A stretch of DNA of 64,000 nt from a bacterium (GTDB taxonomy: Bacteria; UBA8248; JACPRG01; G963555815). The first letter of the stretch is position 1; the number at the start of each line of letters is the position of its first letter. The notes below the pieces were generated by a model. The model was not told where the DNA came from, made no database searches, and worked only from the letters and a program-made list of their open reading frames with translations. Positions 51,065 through 61,678 of the stretch are shown here, piece by piece. The stretch covers positions 896,001 to 960,000 of the forward strand of contig CBDHDG010000005.1 in assembly GCA_965261595.1 (NCBI GenBank). The letters are read 5' to 3'. Both the position numbers and the translations under genes were made by a program.

Positions 51065-52225
51065 ATGAAGGCGCGAAAACCGATTCCCCCGATTCAGGGC
51101 GGGTCGGGGTCTACGGTGTTCAAGTTCTGGCCGGAGAACGAGGACTGGTCCTGGCATTTTCTTCGGCCCATGGCCGAGGCCGTCTACGGCGGGGGCGAGG
51201 CGCAGGAGTGCCTGCGGGCGGCGGCGCGGATCACGCCGGGCGACAGGGAGAGCTGGCACGTGGAGTGGAAGGCCCTGGCCGATCAGGTGGCCGAGGCTGC
51301 GGAGGCGGCCCTGGCCAAGGGCCGGACGGTCACCGCCCGCGATCATCTCCTTCGGGCCTGCGCCTACTACCGGTGGGCGGAATACTTTCTTGCAGCCGAC
51401 GACCCCCGCAGGATTCCCACCTACAAGAAAGCCATCGACAGCTTCCGCAAGGCCGGCCCCCATCTCGACCCGCCCCTCGAGCGTGTAGAGGTCCCCTACG
51501 AAGGCGCGGTCCTTCAGGGTTATTTTTACCCCGGCCGGAGCCCCGCGGGGGAAAAGACCCCCGGAGCGCTCTACATCGCGGGCGTCGACGTCCTAAAGGA
51601 GGAGCTTTACTTCCTGGGGGGCAGGGCGCTCATCGAGCGGGGGCTCTCGCTGTTGGTGCTGGATTATCCGGGGCAGGGCGAGACCCTTCGGTTTCAGGAG
51701 ATCTTCAGCCGTCCCGATTACGAGGTTCCCGTGGGCGCGGCGCTGGACGTCCTGGCCGCCCGGCCCGAGGTGGACGGGGACCGCCTGGGCGTCATCGGCC
51801 GGAGCTTCGGCGGCTATTACGGCCCGCGCGCCGCGGCCTTCGACTCCCGCGTGAAGGCGCTGGTCGTTTTCGGCGCCATGTTCGCGGCCGTCGAGTTCTT
51901 CGACGATTACCCCATCTTCCGGGGCCAGCTCCAATGGCTGACGGGCTCGAAATCGCCCGAAGAGACGCGGGAGAAGCTGACGGCGTTCACGCTGGAATCG
52001 GTGATCGACAAGGTGGCTTGCCCCATCCTCGTGATTCACGGGGAGGGGGACCACCTGATGCCGATCTCGCACGCCCGGCGGACGTTCGACGGCGTCTCGT
52101 CCGTAGACAAAGAGCTCCTTCTGCACCGGGCCGATGAGCCGGGCGGGGTCCACTGTCAGTACGACAACTTTCCGACCACCGTTCCTTACTTCTGCGATTG
52201 GCTGGCGGAGCGGTTGCGGGCCTGA
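51065..52225 (+). CDS. Alpha/beta hydrolase, 2,6-dihydroxypseudooxynicotine hydrolase-like
   Basis: RACAYYRWAE, VEVPYEG, D..KEE, PGQGE, GRSFGGYY, HCQ.DN. Confidence 0.83.
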   Translation: MKARKPIPPIQGGSGSTVFKFWPENEDWSWHFLRPMAEAVYGGGEAQECLRAAARITPGDRESWHVEWKALADQVAEAAEAALAKGRTVTARDHLLRACAYYRWAEYFLAADDPRRIPTYKKAIDSFRKAGPHLDPPLERVEVPYEGAVLQGYFYPGRSPAGEKTPGALYIAGVDVLKEELYFLGGRALIERGLSLLVLDYPGQGETLRFQEIFSRPDYEVPVGAALDVLAARPEVDGDRLGVIGRSFGGYYGPRAAAFDSRVKALVVFGAMFAAVEFFDDYPIFRGQLQWLTGSKSPEETREKLTAFTLESVIDKVACPILVIHGEGDHLMPISHARRTFDGVSSVDKELLLHRADEPGGVHCQYDNFPTTVPYFCDWLAERLRA

Positions 52226-52296
52226 GGCGGCTTCTACGACCGCGACGGTCTACGGCCGTGACGGGAGCGTGCGAAACTGGGGGGAGAGCAGGGGGA

Positions 52297-53547
52297 ATGA
52301 GCGAAACAGGCGGCAGCGGCGGCATGGTCGAGACCTTGCTGGCCTTCAGACAAGAGAACCTCTACATCATCTTCTTCACCGAGATCCTCTTCTACACTTC
52401 CTTCGCCATGCTGATCCCGACGCTTCCCCTCTACTTGGCGGATTTCAAGGTCGGCACGACGCAGATCGGCTTGGTGATGAGCATTTTCGCCGTCGGCCTC
52501 CTGGGCTCCCGTCCGTACATCGGAAAGTTCATCGACCGCTACGGGGCGCGATGCACCTTGCGATACGGCGGCGGCATCCTGACGGGCTGCACGCTCCTGT
52601 ACGCGTTCGCCCCCGGGCTGATCTGGATCTACCCCATCCGGATCATTCACGGCGTCAGCATGGCGTTCCACTCCACGGCCTCCAACGCCATCGTGGCCTC
52701 CTCCACAACCTCCGAGAATCGCGGGGGGATCATGGGGCTGTTCGGCATTTCCCGGGCGGTCGCTTTCGGCGTCGGCCCTATCCTGGGAAGCTTCACGCTG
52801 GACATTTGGGGGCACAAGACCGTGTTCATCGTCGCGGCCGTCGTGGGTCTCGCGGCCATGATCCTGGCGAAATTCGGCGGGGAATGCTCGGAGGTCGAGA
52901 TCGAGACCAACCGGGCGGCCCTGAAGGAGTTCCTCCAGGACCGGACGTTGATCTTCGTCACGGTGGCCATGTTCCTCCTCACCCTCGCCCACGGCGGCCT
53001 GACGACGTTCATCCCCATCCACGTCAAAGAACGGATGGCCGGGAATCTGGGGACGTTTTATCTCGTGTATTCCCTTTCGATTACGCTGGTGGAGATCTTC
53101 GCCGGGAAGGCTTCGGACCGTCAATGCCGAATGCCCATCGCGCTCTGCTCGGTTTTGTTGCTCGGGGCCGGGTTCGTCGCGGTCGGGGGCGTTGCGGGGA
53201 TGCCCACGCTGATCCTGGCGGCCGTGATTTATGGGGCCGGGTTCGGAGGCTTCCAGGTGGCGATTGGGGCCTTCGTGGCGGATCAAACCAATGACGAGAA
53301 CCGCGGGAAGGTCTTCAGCATCTTCTACGCTTCGTATGATTTGGGAATCGCCCTCTCGGGCGTGGTGATGGGCGCCATCGCCGCCGGCGTGGGCCTGAGC
53401 GGCATGTTCTATCTCTCGTCTATTGTCGTCATCCCCTCGATCCTGCTTCTGATGTTCGCCCCGCGGGAAGGGGTCCGGGAGGCGTTCGCCTGCGGGTGGC
53501 TGGGGGAAACCCGTCCCGAGGTTCGTCACGCGGGCGGAAGTCTATAG
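52297..53547 (+). CDS. MFS transporter
   Basis: About 12 hydrophobic segments; GKFIDRYGAR and GKASDR motifs. Confidence 0.9.
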   Translation: MSETGGSGGMVETLLAFRQENLYIIFFTEILFYTSFAMLIPTLPLYLADFKVGTTQIGLVMSIFAVGLLGSRPYIGKFIDRYGARCTLRYGGGILTGCTLLYAFAPGLIWIYPIRIIHGVSMAFHSTASNAIVASSTTSENRGGIMGLFGISRAVAFGVGPILGSFTLDIWGHKTVFIVAAVVGLAAMILAKFGGECSEVEIETNRAALKEFLQDRTLIFVTVAMFLLTLAHGGLTTFIPIHVKERMAGNLGTFYLVYSLSITLVEIFAGKASDRQCRMPIALCSVLLLGAGFVAVGGVAGMPTLILAAVIYGAGFGGFQVAIGAFVADQTNDENRGKVFSIFYASYDLGIALSGVVMGAIAAGVGLSGMFYLSSIVVIPSILLLMFAPREGVREAFACGWLGETRPEVRHAGGSL

Positions 53548-53556
53548 CGGGTCCCG

Positions 53557-54909
53557 TTAATATTTCAGATAGAACCCGGACAGGAACGCCCAGGCGCCGC
53601 CGCCGTTGTTGAAGGGGTCTCTGTCGCCGGCGTCGGTGATGGGCTGGCCGATGTCGAACAGGAACCCGTTGACCGAGAGACGGATCGCCGGGATGGGCCG
53701 GTAGTTAAGGCCGAAGCCGAAGGTGTCCACACTCTGGCCGGGCAGGTTTTCAGAGTTGTCCGACCCGCTGCGGTCGTCCATGTCGATCGAGTCGAAACGG
53801 GCGACGAGCTCCACCCCCCCCTTCTTCCAATCGCCCGTCAGCAGGACCCCGGCCTGGACGGCGTATCCGGTTCGGATCAGGGCCCCGTTCCCCTTGCCCA
53901 GCGTCGGGCCTTCGCGCTCCTGGATTTCGTAAATGATCTCGGCCAGGGTGGAGAGGGGGAGACCCTCCTTCTTCCGGTAGTCTTTGTTCCACCCGATGTC
54001 TACGCCCAAGCGGGTCCTGAGGCCCTCGGTGGCGGCATTGAAAACGCTCAGCCGGTTGTCCCGGAGAAAGAGCCGCGTTCGGCCGCCGAGGGGGTTGTGG
54101 GGTTGCCGGCCGACGGAGGCGTTCGCGCCGACCTCGATGGGCCAGCGGTCCCGCCACGCGGTCGGGCGGAAAGGCCTTCCCACCGTCCTGAAGGAGAAGT
54201 CTTTCTCGCTGTTGTCGTCGTCGCCGTCGCCGGTCCCGTTGGTGACGGCGGCCCGCAGGTGGATGGCCGGGTGCGGGTCGCTCAAAACGAAGACGCCCCG
54301 GCCCACGCTCTCGCGCAGGTTGTCGCCGATCATGGAGCGTTCGAGGAAGAACAGGTTGAAGCGGCTGGTGAGGGCTTCGGCCCCGAACGGGGCCAAGTGC
54401 TGACCGACCCGGATTCGGAAGGCCTTGTATCGCTCCCAACCCACGTATGTGGTCGAAGAAAGCAGCGAGCTTCCGGCCCCCGCGAGGGTCAGCCGGTAAG
54501 TGAAGTCCCGGAACAGCCGGCCCTGAAAGGTCACCCGGCCGCGTCTCAGCAAAAAGTTCCCGTTCGCCTCGGCGTCCCGGGGGAACGCGCTGAATTGGGT
54601 ATAGATCTCCGTTCCGATCCGCAGCTCGTGCTTTTTGTCCACGGACTCGATTTTCAGGCCGTCTTTGTAGCCGATGTTCAACGGCGGTCGGGGATTCTCC
54701 GATCTGTCGGCGGGGCGACCCTTTTTCTTGTGATCCGCTTTCTTGAGGCGTTTGTACTCTCCCTCGGCGAGGATCCCCTTTTTTCGGAGCAAATCCAGCA
54801 GCCCGGCGGCATGGGTGATTTCCTGCCGAGGGGTGGAGGCCAAGAGGAGTGCGGAAACCAGGACCGCCGTCGGGAAAAAGCGGCGGGGTCTCGTGTCTTT
54901 ACCGTTCAT
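53557..54909 (-). CDS. Outer-membrane porin (OprO/OprP-like)
   Basis: Signal peptide, LLRKKGIL...EY, FLLRRGRV, RVGQ..PFG.E, FLERS, GLNY, aromatic C-terminus. Confidence 0.78.
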   Translation of the reverse strand: MNGKDTRPRRFFPTAVLVSALLLASTPRQEITHAAGLLDLLRKKGILAEGEYKRLKKADHKKKGRPADRSENPRPPLNIGYKDGLKIESVDKKHELRIGTEIYTQFSAFPRDAEANGNFLLRRGRVTFQGRLFRDFTYRLTLAGAGSSLLSSTTYVGWERYKAFRIRVGQHLAPFGAEALTSRFNLFFLERSMIGDNLRESVGRGVFVLSDPHPAIHLRAAVTNGTGDGDDDNSEKDFSFRTVGRPFRPTAWRDRWPIEVGANASVGRQPHNPLGGRTRLFLRDNRLSVFNAATEGLRTRLGVDIGWNKDYRKKEGLPLSTLAEIIYEIQEREGPTLGKGNGALIRTGYAVQAGVLLTGDWKKGGVELVARFDSIDMDDRSGSDNSENLPGQSVDTFGFGLNYRPIPAIRLSVNGFLFDIGQPITDAGDRDPFNNGGGAWAFLSGFYLKY

Positions 54910-55128
54910 CGGGAAGTTGACCGAGCCGGCGCGGGGCCGCCTCCATCGGCATCGAGGGTCCAAACCTTCATCTTTCTCTCCGCCGGGCGTCGAAAACTAC
55001 CGCACTATACCATTTGTCCGTCGAATGGTGCCCTCTCGGGATATTGATGGTATACTGTGAGCCAAAATCGGAAAATATGGATTTCGGGCAGCCGTTGCTC
55101 TCTAACCAAACCCCAGGAGGGTCTGTCT

Positions 55129-56148
55129 ATGAATCGGGTCGCCAAATGGCTTCGCCTCAATGTCTGGGTCGGGATTCTTCTCTGTCTGTCCTTTGTGTTG
55201 GTCCCCGCTTCGGGTTTTTCCGCGGAAAAGGTGAAATTTGGGTTTTCCTGGATCCTGGTCGCCCAGACGATCCCCTTTTACGTCGCCCTTGATAAAGGGT
55301 ATTGGCGGACCGAAGGCCTGGATGTGAATATCCTCCGAGGATTTGGTTCGGGGGATGCCGTCAAGAAGGTCGCCGCGGGAGCGACGGACATCGGGGCCGC
55401 CGACTCCGCCACATTGGTCATCGCGCGCTCGAAAGGGGCCATGGTCAAAGAAGTCGCCATGACTCACATGAAGACCATGCACACCATCTGCGCATTGGGC
55501 GGCTCGGGAATCACCAAGCCGAGAGACCTGATCGGCAAGAAGATCGCTTCCACCGCCAAGGCGTCCACGCGGGTGATCTTTCCGGCCTTCACGGAAATGA
55601 ACGGTTTCAAGGTGGCGGACATCACCTGGCTCACCTCCTCCTATGCGGCGGTCATCCCGAGCCTCATGACCGGCAATGCCGACGCCGCCGTTTGCTACGC
55701 CGCGGAGATGCCGCAAATCCAAAAAATGGCCCGGAATGCGGGCAAGAAGATGGTGCCCATGCGCTTCGCGGACCATGGCCTCAACATGTACGGGAACGGC
55801 GTGATCGCCTCCGACAAGGCCATCGCGGAGAAGCCGAAATTCGTGGGCGGGTTCGTCCGGGGCGCCGTCAAGGGTTGGGCCTGGTCGGTGGAAAACCGCC
55901 AGGCGGCCACGGACATCTATCTGAAGCACCATGGCGAAGCCGACGCCAAAATCGCCCGGGAGATCATGGACGTTCTGGCCGACCATTTCGTCACGGCCGA
56001 GGCCAGGAAGCACGGCTACGGCTTCATGACGAAGAAGACGATGACGCGGACGCGGGACCTCATGGCGCGCTTCTACGGCATCAAGAACGTCATGCCGGTG
56101 GAGGACCTCTACACCAACCGGTTCATCCCGAAAATCATGCCCAAGTAA
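55129..56148 (+). CDS. ABC transporter substrate-binding protein, NMT1/THI5-like
   Basis: Signal peptide; PFYVALDKGY, GFGSGDAV, GLNMYGNG, LYTNRF. Confidence 0.88.
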   Translation: MNRVAKWLRLNVWVGILLCLSFVLVPASGFSAEKVKFGFSWILVAQTIPFYVALDKGYWRTEGLDVNILRGFGSGDAVKKVAAGATDIGAADSATLVIARSKGAMVKEVAMTHMKTMHTICALGGSGITKPRDLIGKKIASTAKASTRVIFPAFTEMNGFKVADITWLTSSYAAVIPSLMTGNADAAVCYAAEMPQIQKMARNAGKKMVPMRFADHGLNMYGNGVIASDKAIAEKPKFVGGFVRGAVKGWAWSVENRQAATDIYLKHHGEADAKIAREIMDVLADHFVTAEARKHGYGFMTKKTMTRTRDLMARFYGIKNVMPVEDLYTNRFIPKIMPK

Positions 56149-56350
56149 GGGAGCGGGACTGTCCCTGAAGAAAATCGCCGGGAATCCGGCTCCGGAGTTT
56201 CGCGCTCCGGGGCTGGCCGCGCGGTCCGGTTTGTCCGCGCCCTGTGGGGGAGGTTGCGGGGCAAAGGGCCGGAATCGTTTGCCAATCGGTTCGAAGACGT
56301 AAGCCGGCAGGATATGTTTCGATCACCGAAAGGCCTGGAAACAGGGGACC

Positions 56351-57349
56351 ATGGTTATGAGATTCGGCGCGGTGATCATTGCGACCGACCCGCCCAATGA
56401 ATTCATCAAGGTGGTGGAGATGTGCGAGGACCTGGGCTTCGACACCATCTGGGACACGGACGCTTCCCTCCACGCCCGCGATGCCTATCCCTACCTCACC
56501 CTCCTCGCGCTGCATACAACCCGCGCCCGGATCGGCGTCAACGTCTCGCATCCCTTCACCCGACACCCCGCGGTCACCGCGAACGCCATCGCGACGGTGG
56601 ATGAGATCGCCCAAGGGCGGACGATCCTGGGCGTCGGCGCCGGCGACCGCCCGCAGACCGAGCTCGGGCAACGGCCGGCACGTGTCGCAGAGCTGCGGGA
56701 AATGGTCGAGCTCATCCGCCGTCTGTTGAGGCGTGAAAAGATCACCCATGACGGTCCGACCTTCCGCGTCAAAGAAGGGCAATTGCGTTCGGGCTTCACA
56801 TCCGAGATTCCCATTTACATGGCGGCGTCCGGTCCGCGGATGCTGGAGCTCGCCGGGGAGGTCGCGGACGGGGTCATCATGCAGGTGGGGATTGCGCCCG
56901 AAGGCGTGGACTACGCCCTGTCTCACCTGCGGCGGGGCGCCGAGAAGGCCGGCCGGTCCATGGCGGATTTGGAGTTGTGCCTGATCCTCAACTGCTGCAT
57001 CTATCGAGATCGCGCCAGGGCGATCCGCGAAGGCCGGCTCCACGCCGCCTGGTACCCGCAAACGGCGCCAAGGGCGACCGAAGCGATAGGGGTGTCCAAG
57101 GAACAGGCGGACCGGATCCGTGCGGCCTATTCGGGGGGACATCTCAATGAGGCGCTGGACGCCGCCGAGCTGGTGCCCGAAAGCCTCGTACAGAAATTCG
57201 TCCTCGCCGGCGCGCCGGAAGAAGTTCGCGAAATGATTCACCGGGTGGCCGAGAAGGGCATACAGCAGATTCAAATCTTCGCGCTCGGTCCGGACAGGCA
57301 TCAGATCCTGAGAACCTTCGGCGAGACCGTAATCCCCCATTTCCGGTAG
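56351..57349 (+). CDS. LLM-class (Mer-like, possibly F420-dependent) oxidoreductase
   Basis: GFDTIW, TRHPAVTANAIATVDE..GR.ILGVGAGD, IPIYMAASGPRMLELAGEVADG. Confidence 0.9.
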   Translation: MVMRFGAVIIATDPPNEFIKVVEMCEDLGFDTIWDTDASLHARDAYPYLTLLALHTTRARIGVNVSHPFTRHPAVTANAIATVDEIAQGRTILGVGAGDRPQTELGQRPARVAELREMVELIRRLLRREKITHDGPTFRVKEGQLRSGFTSEIPIYMAASGPRMLELAGEVADGVIMQVGIAPEGVDYALSHLRRGAEKAGRSMADLELCLILNCCIYRDRARAIREGRLHAAWYPQTAPRATEAIGVSKEQADRIRAAYSGGHLNEALDAAELVPESLVQKFVLAGAPEEVREMIHRVAEKGIQQIQIFALGPDRHQILRTFGETVIPHFR

Positions 57350-57358
57350 AGGCAAGCC

Positions 57359-58543
57359 ATGACCGCTGGATCCACCGCCCCGGCCGTGGACGCCGAAGGG
57401 CTCATCGCCTTGACCCAGGCCATGGTCCGAACGCCCAGCCCGACCGGGCGGGAAGAAGCGATCAGCCGGCTCGTCGAGGGCGAGATGCGGCGCGCCGGAT
57501 TCGACGAGGTCCGCCGGGACCCTATCGGGAACGTCTTGGGCTTCCTCCACGGCCGGGACCCCCGCCTCCGTCTGCTGTTCAACGGCCATATCGACCATGC
57601 CGAGACCGGGTCGATGCCCGACCCCTATTCCGGGGACCTGGTGGACGGGAGCCGCTTCGGGCGGGAGGGAACGGCGCTCGTCGGGCGGGCGGCGTGCGAC
57701 ATGAAAGGGGCCGTCGCGGCCATGATCTACGCGGCCAAAGCGGTGCGGGACGCCGGGACGGCGCTCGCCCAATCGGTCGTGGTGACGGCGGTCGTGAAAG
57801 AAGAGGCCGCCCGGGGTGAGGGCATTCTGTATGTCCTCGAAGAGGACGGCGTCCGGGCGGACATGGCCGTGAGCGGGGAGGCGACCAATCTGGATGTTTA
57901 CGTGGGCCACCGGGGGAAGCTGGAGTTCCTCGTGACGACGAAGGGCCGCACCTGCCACGCGAGCAATCCGGGCAACGGAGTGAACGCCATTTTCCTGATG
58001 CAGCGCTTCCTGGAAAGCCTCCAGCGCGACTACGAACTTCCGTCGCACGAGTTTCTGGGGGATTGCACGATGACGGTCATCGACATCGTGGCCAGGCCCG
58101 GACGGCTGACGCCCGTTGTGCCGGACCGATGCGAGATTGTGCTCGACCGCCGGTACCTGCCCGGCGAGTCGGCGGAAAGCGTCGAGGGGGAGGTCCGCGC
58201 CCTGTTGGACCGGCTGGCCCGAGACGGCGGGTTCGAGGGCGACGTCTCTTTGCTCAAGGATTTTCCGGTCTTCTTCTGCGACCCGGAAGAGAAGGTCGTC
58301 GAACTCGCCCGGGGGGCCCGCCGGAAGGTGATGGGCGACCCGGGGACCCCGGGCGCTTGGCGCTTCGGGGTGGACGGAACATTCATTCAAAAGGCCGGCA
58401 TCCCCTGCGTCGGGTTCGGGCCGGGGAGCGAAGAATTCGCGCACACGCCGGAAGATCATGTGTTTGTGGATGATCTCGTCACGGCCGCGCGCGTCTATGG
58501 TCAAATCATGATGGACGCGTGCGGGGAAGAGAACGGACGTTAG
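57359..58543 (+). CDS. M20 metallohydrolase (ArgE/YgeY-like)
   Basis: LFNGHIDH, GRAACDMKG, VKEE, GHRG, HAS.P..G.NAI, GFGPG.E..AH. Confidence 0.88.
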   Translation: MTAGSTAPAVDAEGLIALTQAMVRTPSPTGREEAISRLVEGEMRRAGFDEVRRDPIGNVLGFLHGRDPRLRLLFNGHIDHAETGSMPDPYSGDLVDGSRFGREGTALVGRAACDMKGAVAAMIYAAKAVRDAGTALAQSVVVTAVVKEEAARGEGILYVLEEDGVRADMAVSGEATNLDVYVGHRGKLEFLVTTKGRTCHASNPGNGVNAIFLMQRFLESLQRDYELPSHEFLGDCTMTVIDIVARPGRLTPVVPDRCEIVLDRRYLPGESAESVEGEVRALLDRLARDGGFEGDVSLLKDFPVFFCDPEEKVVELARGARRKVMGDPGTPGAWRFGVDGTFIQKAGIPCVGFGPGSEEFAHTPEDHVFVDDLVTAARVYGQIMMDACGEENGR

Positions 58544-58562
58544 CCCGCGGGGAGAGAACAAA

Positions 58563-59753
58563 ATGGCCGGACCGCTGGAGGGGATAAAGGTTCTCGATCT
58601 CACCCGGTTCCTCGCGGGCGCTTACTGCACGATGGTCTTGGGCGACCTGGGCGCCGAAATCATCAAGGTTGAACATCCCCAAGGCGGAGACCCTTCCAGG
58701 AACGTCGGACCTTATTACGACGGGGACGTGAGCTCCTATTTCCTCAGCGTCAACCGGGGAAAGCGGAGCGTGACGCTGGATTTGAAAACGGAGAAGGCGA
58801 AAAACGCCGTCTTTCGTCTCGCCGCCCGGTCGGACATCGTGGTGGAGAACTTCGTGCCGGGCGCCATGGAGCGATTTGGCCTCGGTTACGAAACGCTCCG
58901 GGAAAAAAACCCGGGAATCATCTATGCGGCGTGCTCCGGATTCGGGCGGACGGGTCCTTACGCCCGCCGGACGGCGTTCGACATGCTGATTCAGGGCATG
59001 GCCGGGACAGTGAGCATCACCGGGGAGCCTGACCGGCCCCCCGTCCGCGCGGGTTTCTCCATCGGCGACATCGGGGCGTCGATGTTTCTGACCGTCGGCA
59101 TCCTGGCCGCTTTGAGAGAGCGTGAACAATCCGGCGAGGGCCAGCTTGTAGAAGTCGGGATGCTGGATTGCCAGGTGGCGCTGCTGGAGAACGCCTTCGC
59201 GCGATATTTCTGCTCGGGAGAAGTCCCCCAGCCGGAGGGAGGGCGCCACCCCGTGGCCACGCCCGTTCAAATCGTCCCGACAGCGGACGGCTACATGATT
59301 CTGGCGATCGCCAACGACACGCAATGGGAAACCTTCTGCGGGGATGTCGGCCGTCCCGAATGGGCGGAGGATGAGCGCTTCAAGACCAATCCGCGGCGCG
59401 TAGCCAACCGGGAAATCCTTGAAGGGATGCTTTTCGACCTGACGCGCTCGCGCACCACGTCGGAATGGACGGAGGCGATGGAGAAGATCAAGATCCCGTG
59501 CGGACCGGTGAACCGAATCGATCAAGCGGCGGAAGACCCTCAGGTTCGCTCCCGGGAGATGGTGGTCGAGGTGGAGCACCCTCGCCGGGGGGCCCTGAAG
59601 GTGATCAACAATCCCATCCGGTTCTCACGCTCCACGGTTGGGCCCCAGGGGGGGGCGGCCGATTTGGGTGAGCACACGGAAGAGATTCTCCGAGACCTTG
59701 TCGGTCTGTCATCCGAGGAAATCGAGGCCTGGAGAGAAGGGGAAATCGTTTAA
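58563..59753 (+). CDS. CoA transferase family III (CaiB/BaiF)
   Basis: GPLEGIKVLDL, LGDLGAEIIKVE, NRGKRS, VENFVPG, LGEHTEEIL. Confidence 0.95.
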   Translation: MAGPLEGIKVLDLTRFLAGAYCTMVLGDLGAEIIKVEHPQGGDPSRNVGPYYDGDVSSYFLSVNRGKRSVTLDLKTEKAKNAVFRLAARSDIVVENFVPGAMERFGLGYETLREKNPGIIYAACSGFGRTGPYARRTAFDMLIQGMAGTVSITGEPDRPPVRAGFSIGDIGASMFLTVGILAALREREQSGEGQLVEVGMLDCQVALLENAFARYFCSGEVPQPEGGRHPVATPVQIVPTADGYMILAIANDTQWETFCGDVGRPEWAEDERFKTNPRRVANREILEGMLFDLTRSRTTSEWTEAMEKIKIPCGPVNRIDQAAEDPQVRSREMVVEVEHPRRGALKVINNPIRFSRSTVGPQGGAADLGEHTEEILRDLVGLSSEEIEAWREGEIV

Positions 59754-59804
59754 CCGGGCGCCACAATCCAGGGGTGCCTCCGGACGCGCCGTGGACCGGG
59801 GAGG

Positions 59805-60824
59805 ATGAGGATGCAGACGGTGGACAAACTGGAAGCGGTGAGCTCCATCCGCCGGATCTTGGATCAGTGCGTCGGCATTGCGCCCGGCGAGCAGGTGCTC
59901 ATCGTGACGGACGGCGGTTTCAACCTCGAGCTGGCCGAACTTTTCGCAATCTGTTGCGCCGAGCGCGACGCCGAGGTCGCGACGATGGTCATGCGGACGC
60001 GGGACCATGTGGGCGACCTGCCGCCGCCCATGGTCGTCGAGGCGATGAAAACCTCGGACGTTGTTCTGGAGATGTGCAAGATCTGGGTGGGCAGCGCTCC
60101 CTCGCGCATCGAGGCCTGCAAAGCGGGGGCGCGGTACTGCACGTGGCCGGCCCTGGATGAGATTGTCCTGCGGAAAAACGGACCTGCCTGGGCGGACTTC
60201 GAGGGCCTTCATCCACACCTCATGGCCTTGGACAAGAAATTCACCGAGGCCAAGCGGGTCCGGGTGGAAACGAAAGCGGGCACGCGCATCGAAGCCGTTA
60301 TCGAGGGCCGGCAAGGGAGAACCCTCTCGGGCATCTGCCGGGAAAAAGGCCGGTACGAGGCGCCGCCCCACATGGAGGTCGGCATCGGTCCGATCGAGGA
60401 TTCAACGCAGGGTGTGATCGTCGTCGACGGGCGCGTCCAGCACACCCCTTTCGGGGAGGTGACGGCGCCCTTCGAGATGATTGTCGAGGGCGGCCGGATT
60501 ACGGAGATCCGGAGCGAGGGGGGCGGGAAGGTCTTCGCGGACTTCCTCCGGGACGCCCTGGCGGCGTACCAAGACCCGAACATATACGTCATCGCGGAGA
60601 TCGCCCTCGGGATGAACCCCAAGGCCAACCGGCTGGACCGCGACATGGAGGGCGAGTCCGGCCTGGGCACCGCCCATTTCGGCATCGGGGACAACATTGG
60701 CTATGGGGGGACGAACAAAGCGCCGGGCCACCGGGATTGTGTCGTCCGTGATGTGACGTTCTTCCTGGACGATGAGTTGATCGTCAAGGACGGCGTGATT
60801 CAGCTCGAAGGCTTTCCGATCTAA
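59805..60824 (+). CDS. Aminopeptidase T/M29-like metalloprotein (fold shared with NicX)
   Basis: GEQVLIVTD, G.IVVDG, IAEIALGMNP.A, E..LGTAHFGIG.N..YGG, HRD. Confidence 0.75.
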   Translation: MRMQTVDKLEAVSSIRRILDQCVGIAPGEQVLIVTDGGFNLELAELFAICCAERDAEVATMVMRTRDHVGDLPPPMVVEAMKTSDVVLEMCKIWVGSAPSRIEACKAGARYCTWPALDEIVLRKNGPAWADFEGLHPHLMALDKKFTEAKRVRVETKAGTRIEAVIEGRQGRTLSGICREKGRYEAPPHMEVGIGPIEDSTQGVIVVDGRVQHTPFGEVTAPFEMIVEGGRITEIRSEGGGKVFADFLRDALAAYQDPNIYVIAEIALGMNPKANRLDRDMEGESGLGTAHFGIGDNIGYGGTNKAPGHRDCVVRDVTFFLDDELIVKDGVIQLEGFPI

Positions 60825-60882
60825 AGAGAGGTTGAACGGGGAAGTCCGCGGCCTCCGCCGACTTCCTCCAGGAGGGGGTGGA

Positions 60883-61671
60883 ATGGAGTCGGATCATTTA
60901 CGGGTTGACGTCCAGGAAGGCATCGCGACCGTGACGTTGAACCGCCCGGAAAAGCGGAACGCGATCACCATCGGGATGTGGGGGTCTTTTGCCGGAATCA
61001 TGGAGCGGTTGGCCGCGGACCCCGAGGTGCGGGCCATCGTTTATCGGGGGGCCGGGGAAAAGGGGTTCTCCGCGGGCGGGGACATCTCCGAATTCACCGA
61101 GCTGATGAAGTCCCCGGAGCACGCGAAGGTGGAGTTCCCGATTATCCAGTCGGCCCTGGAATCCCTGGAGCGCTGTCCAAAGGCCGTGCTTTTCATGATC
61201 CACGGCTACGCGTACGGAGGGGCGATGATCCTGGCCACGGCGGGTCACATCCGAATCGCCGCGGAGGGCGCGAAGTTCGGCATCCCGTCGGCGCGGGTTG
61301 GCATCAGCGTGAGCTATCACGACACCGTCCGGACGGTCCGCCTGATCGGCCCCGCGAAAGCGAAGGAGCTATTTTTCACGGCTGGTGTGATCGACGCCGA
61401 GGAGGCGAAGCAGTGCGGCCTCGTGAACCGGGTCGTCCCCTTGGCCGATCTGGAGAAGACCACGTATGACATGGCGCGGACCATCGCGCGCATGGCGCCG
61501 CTCTCCATCGCCGGGGCCAACGAAACCGTCAACACCTGCACCGCCGACCCGGGCTTGACGACCGTCAAGGAAGGCGACGCCCTGACGGTGAAGACCTTTA
61601 TGAGCGAAGACTTTCAGGAAGGGGTGAACGCCTTCCTGGAAAAGAGAGAGCCGAAGTTCGTCGGCCGGTAG
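60883..61671 (+). CDS. Enoyl-CoA hydratase/isomerase family protein
   Basis: LNRPEKRNAI, FSAGGDI, GYAYGG, SEDFQEGVNAFLEKREP. Confidence 0.92.
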   Translation: MESDHLRVDVQEGIATVTLNRPEKRNAITIGMWGSFAGIMERLAADPEVRAIVYRGAGEKGFSAGGDISEFTELMKSPEHAKVEFPIIQSALESLERCPKAVLFMIHGYAYGGAMILATAGHIRIAAEGAKFGIPSARVGISVSYHDTVRTVRLIGPAKAKELFFTAGVIDAEEAKQCGLVNRVVPLADLEKTTYDMARTIARMAPLSIAGANETVNTCTADPGLTTVKEGDALTVKTFMSEDFQEGVNAFLEKREPKFVGR

Positions 61672-61678
61672 CCGCCGG

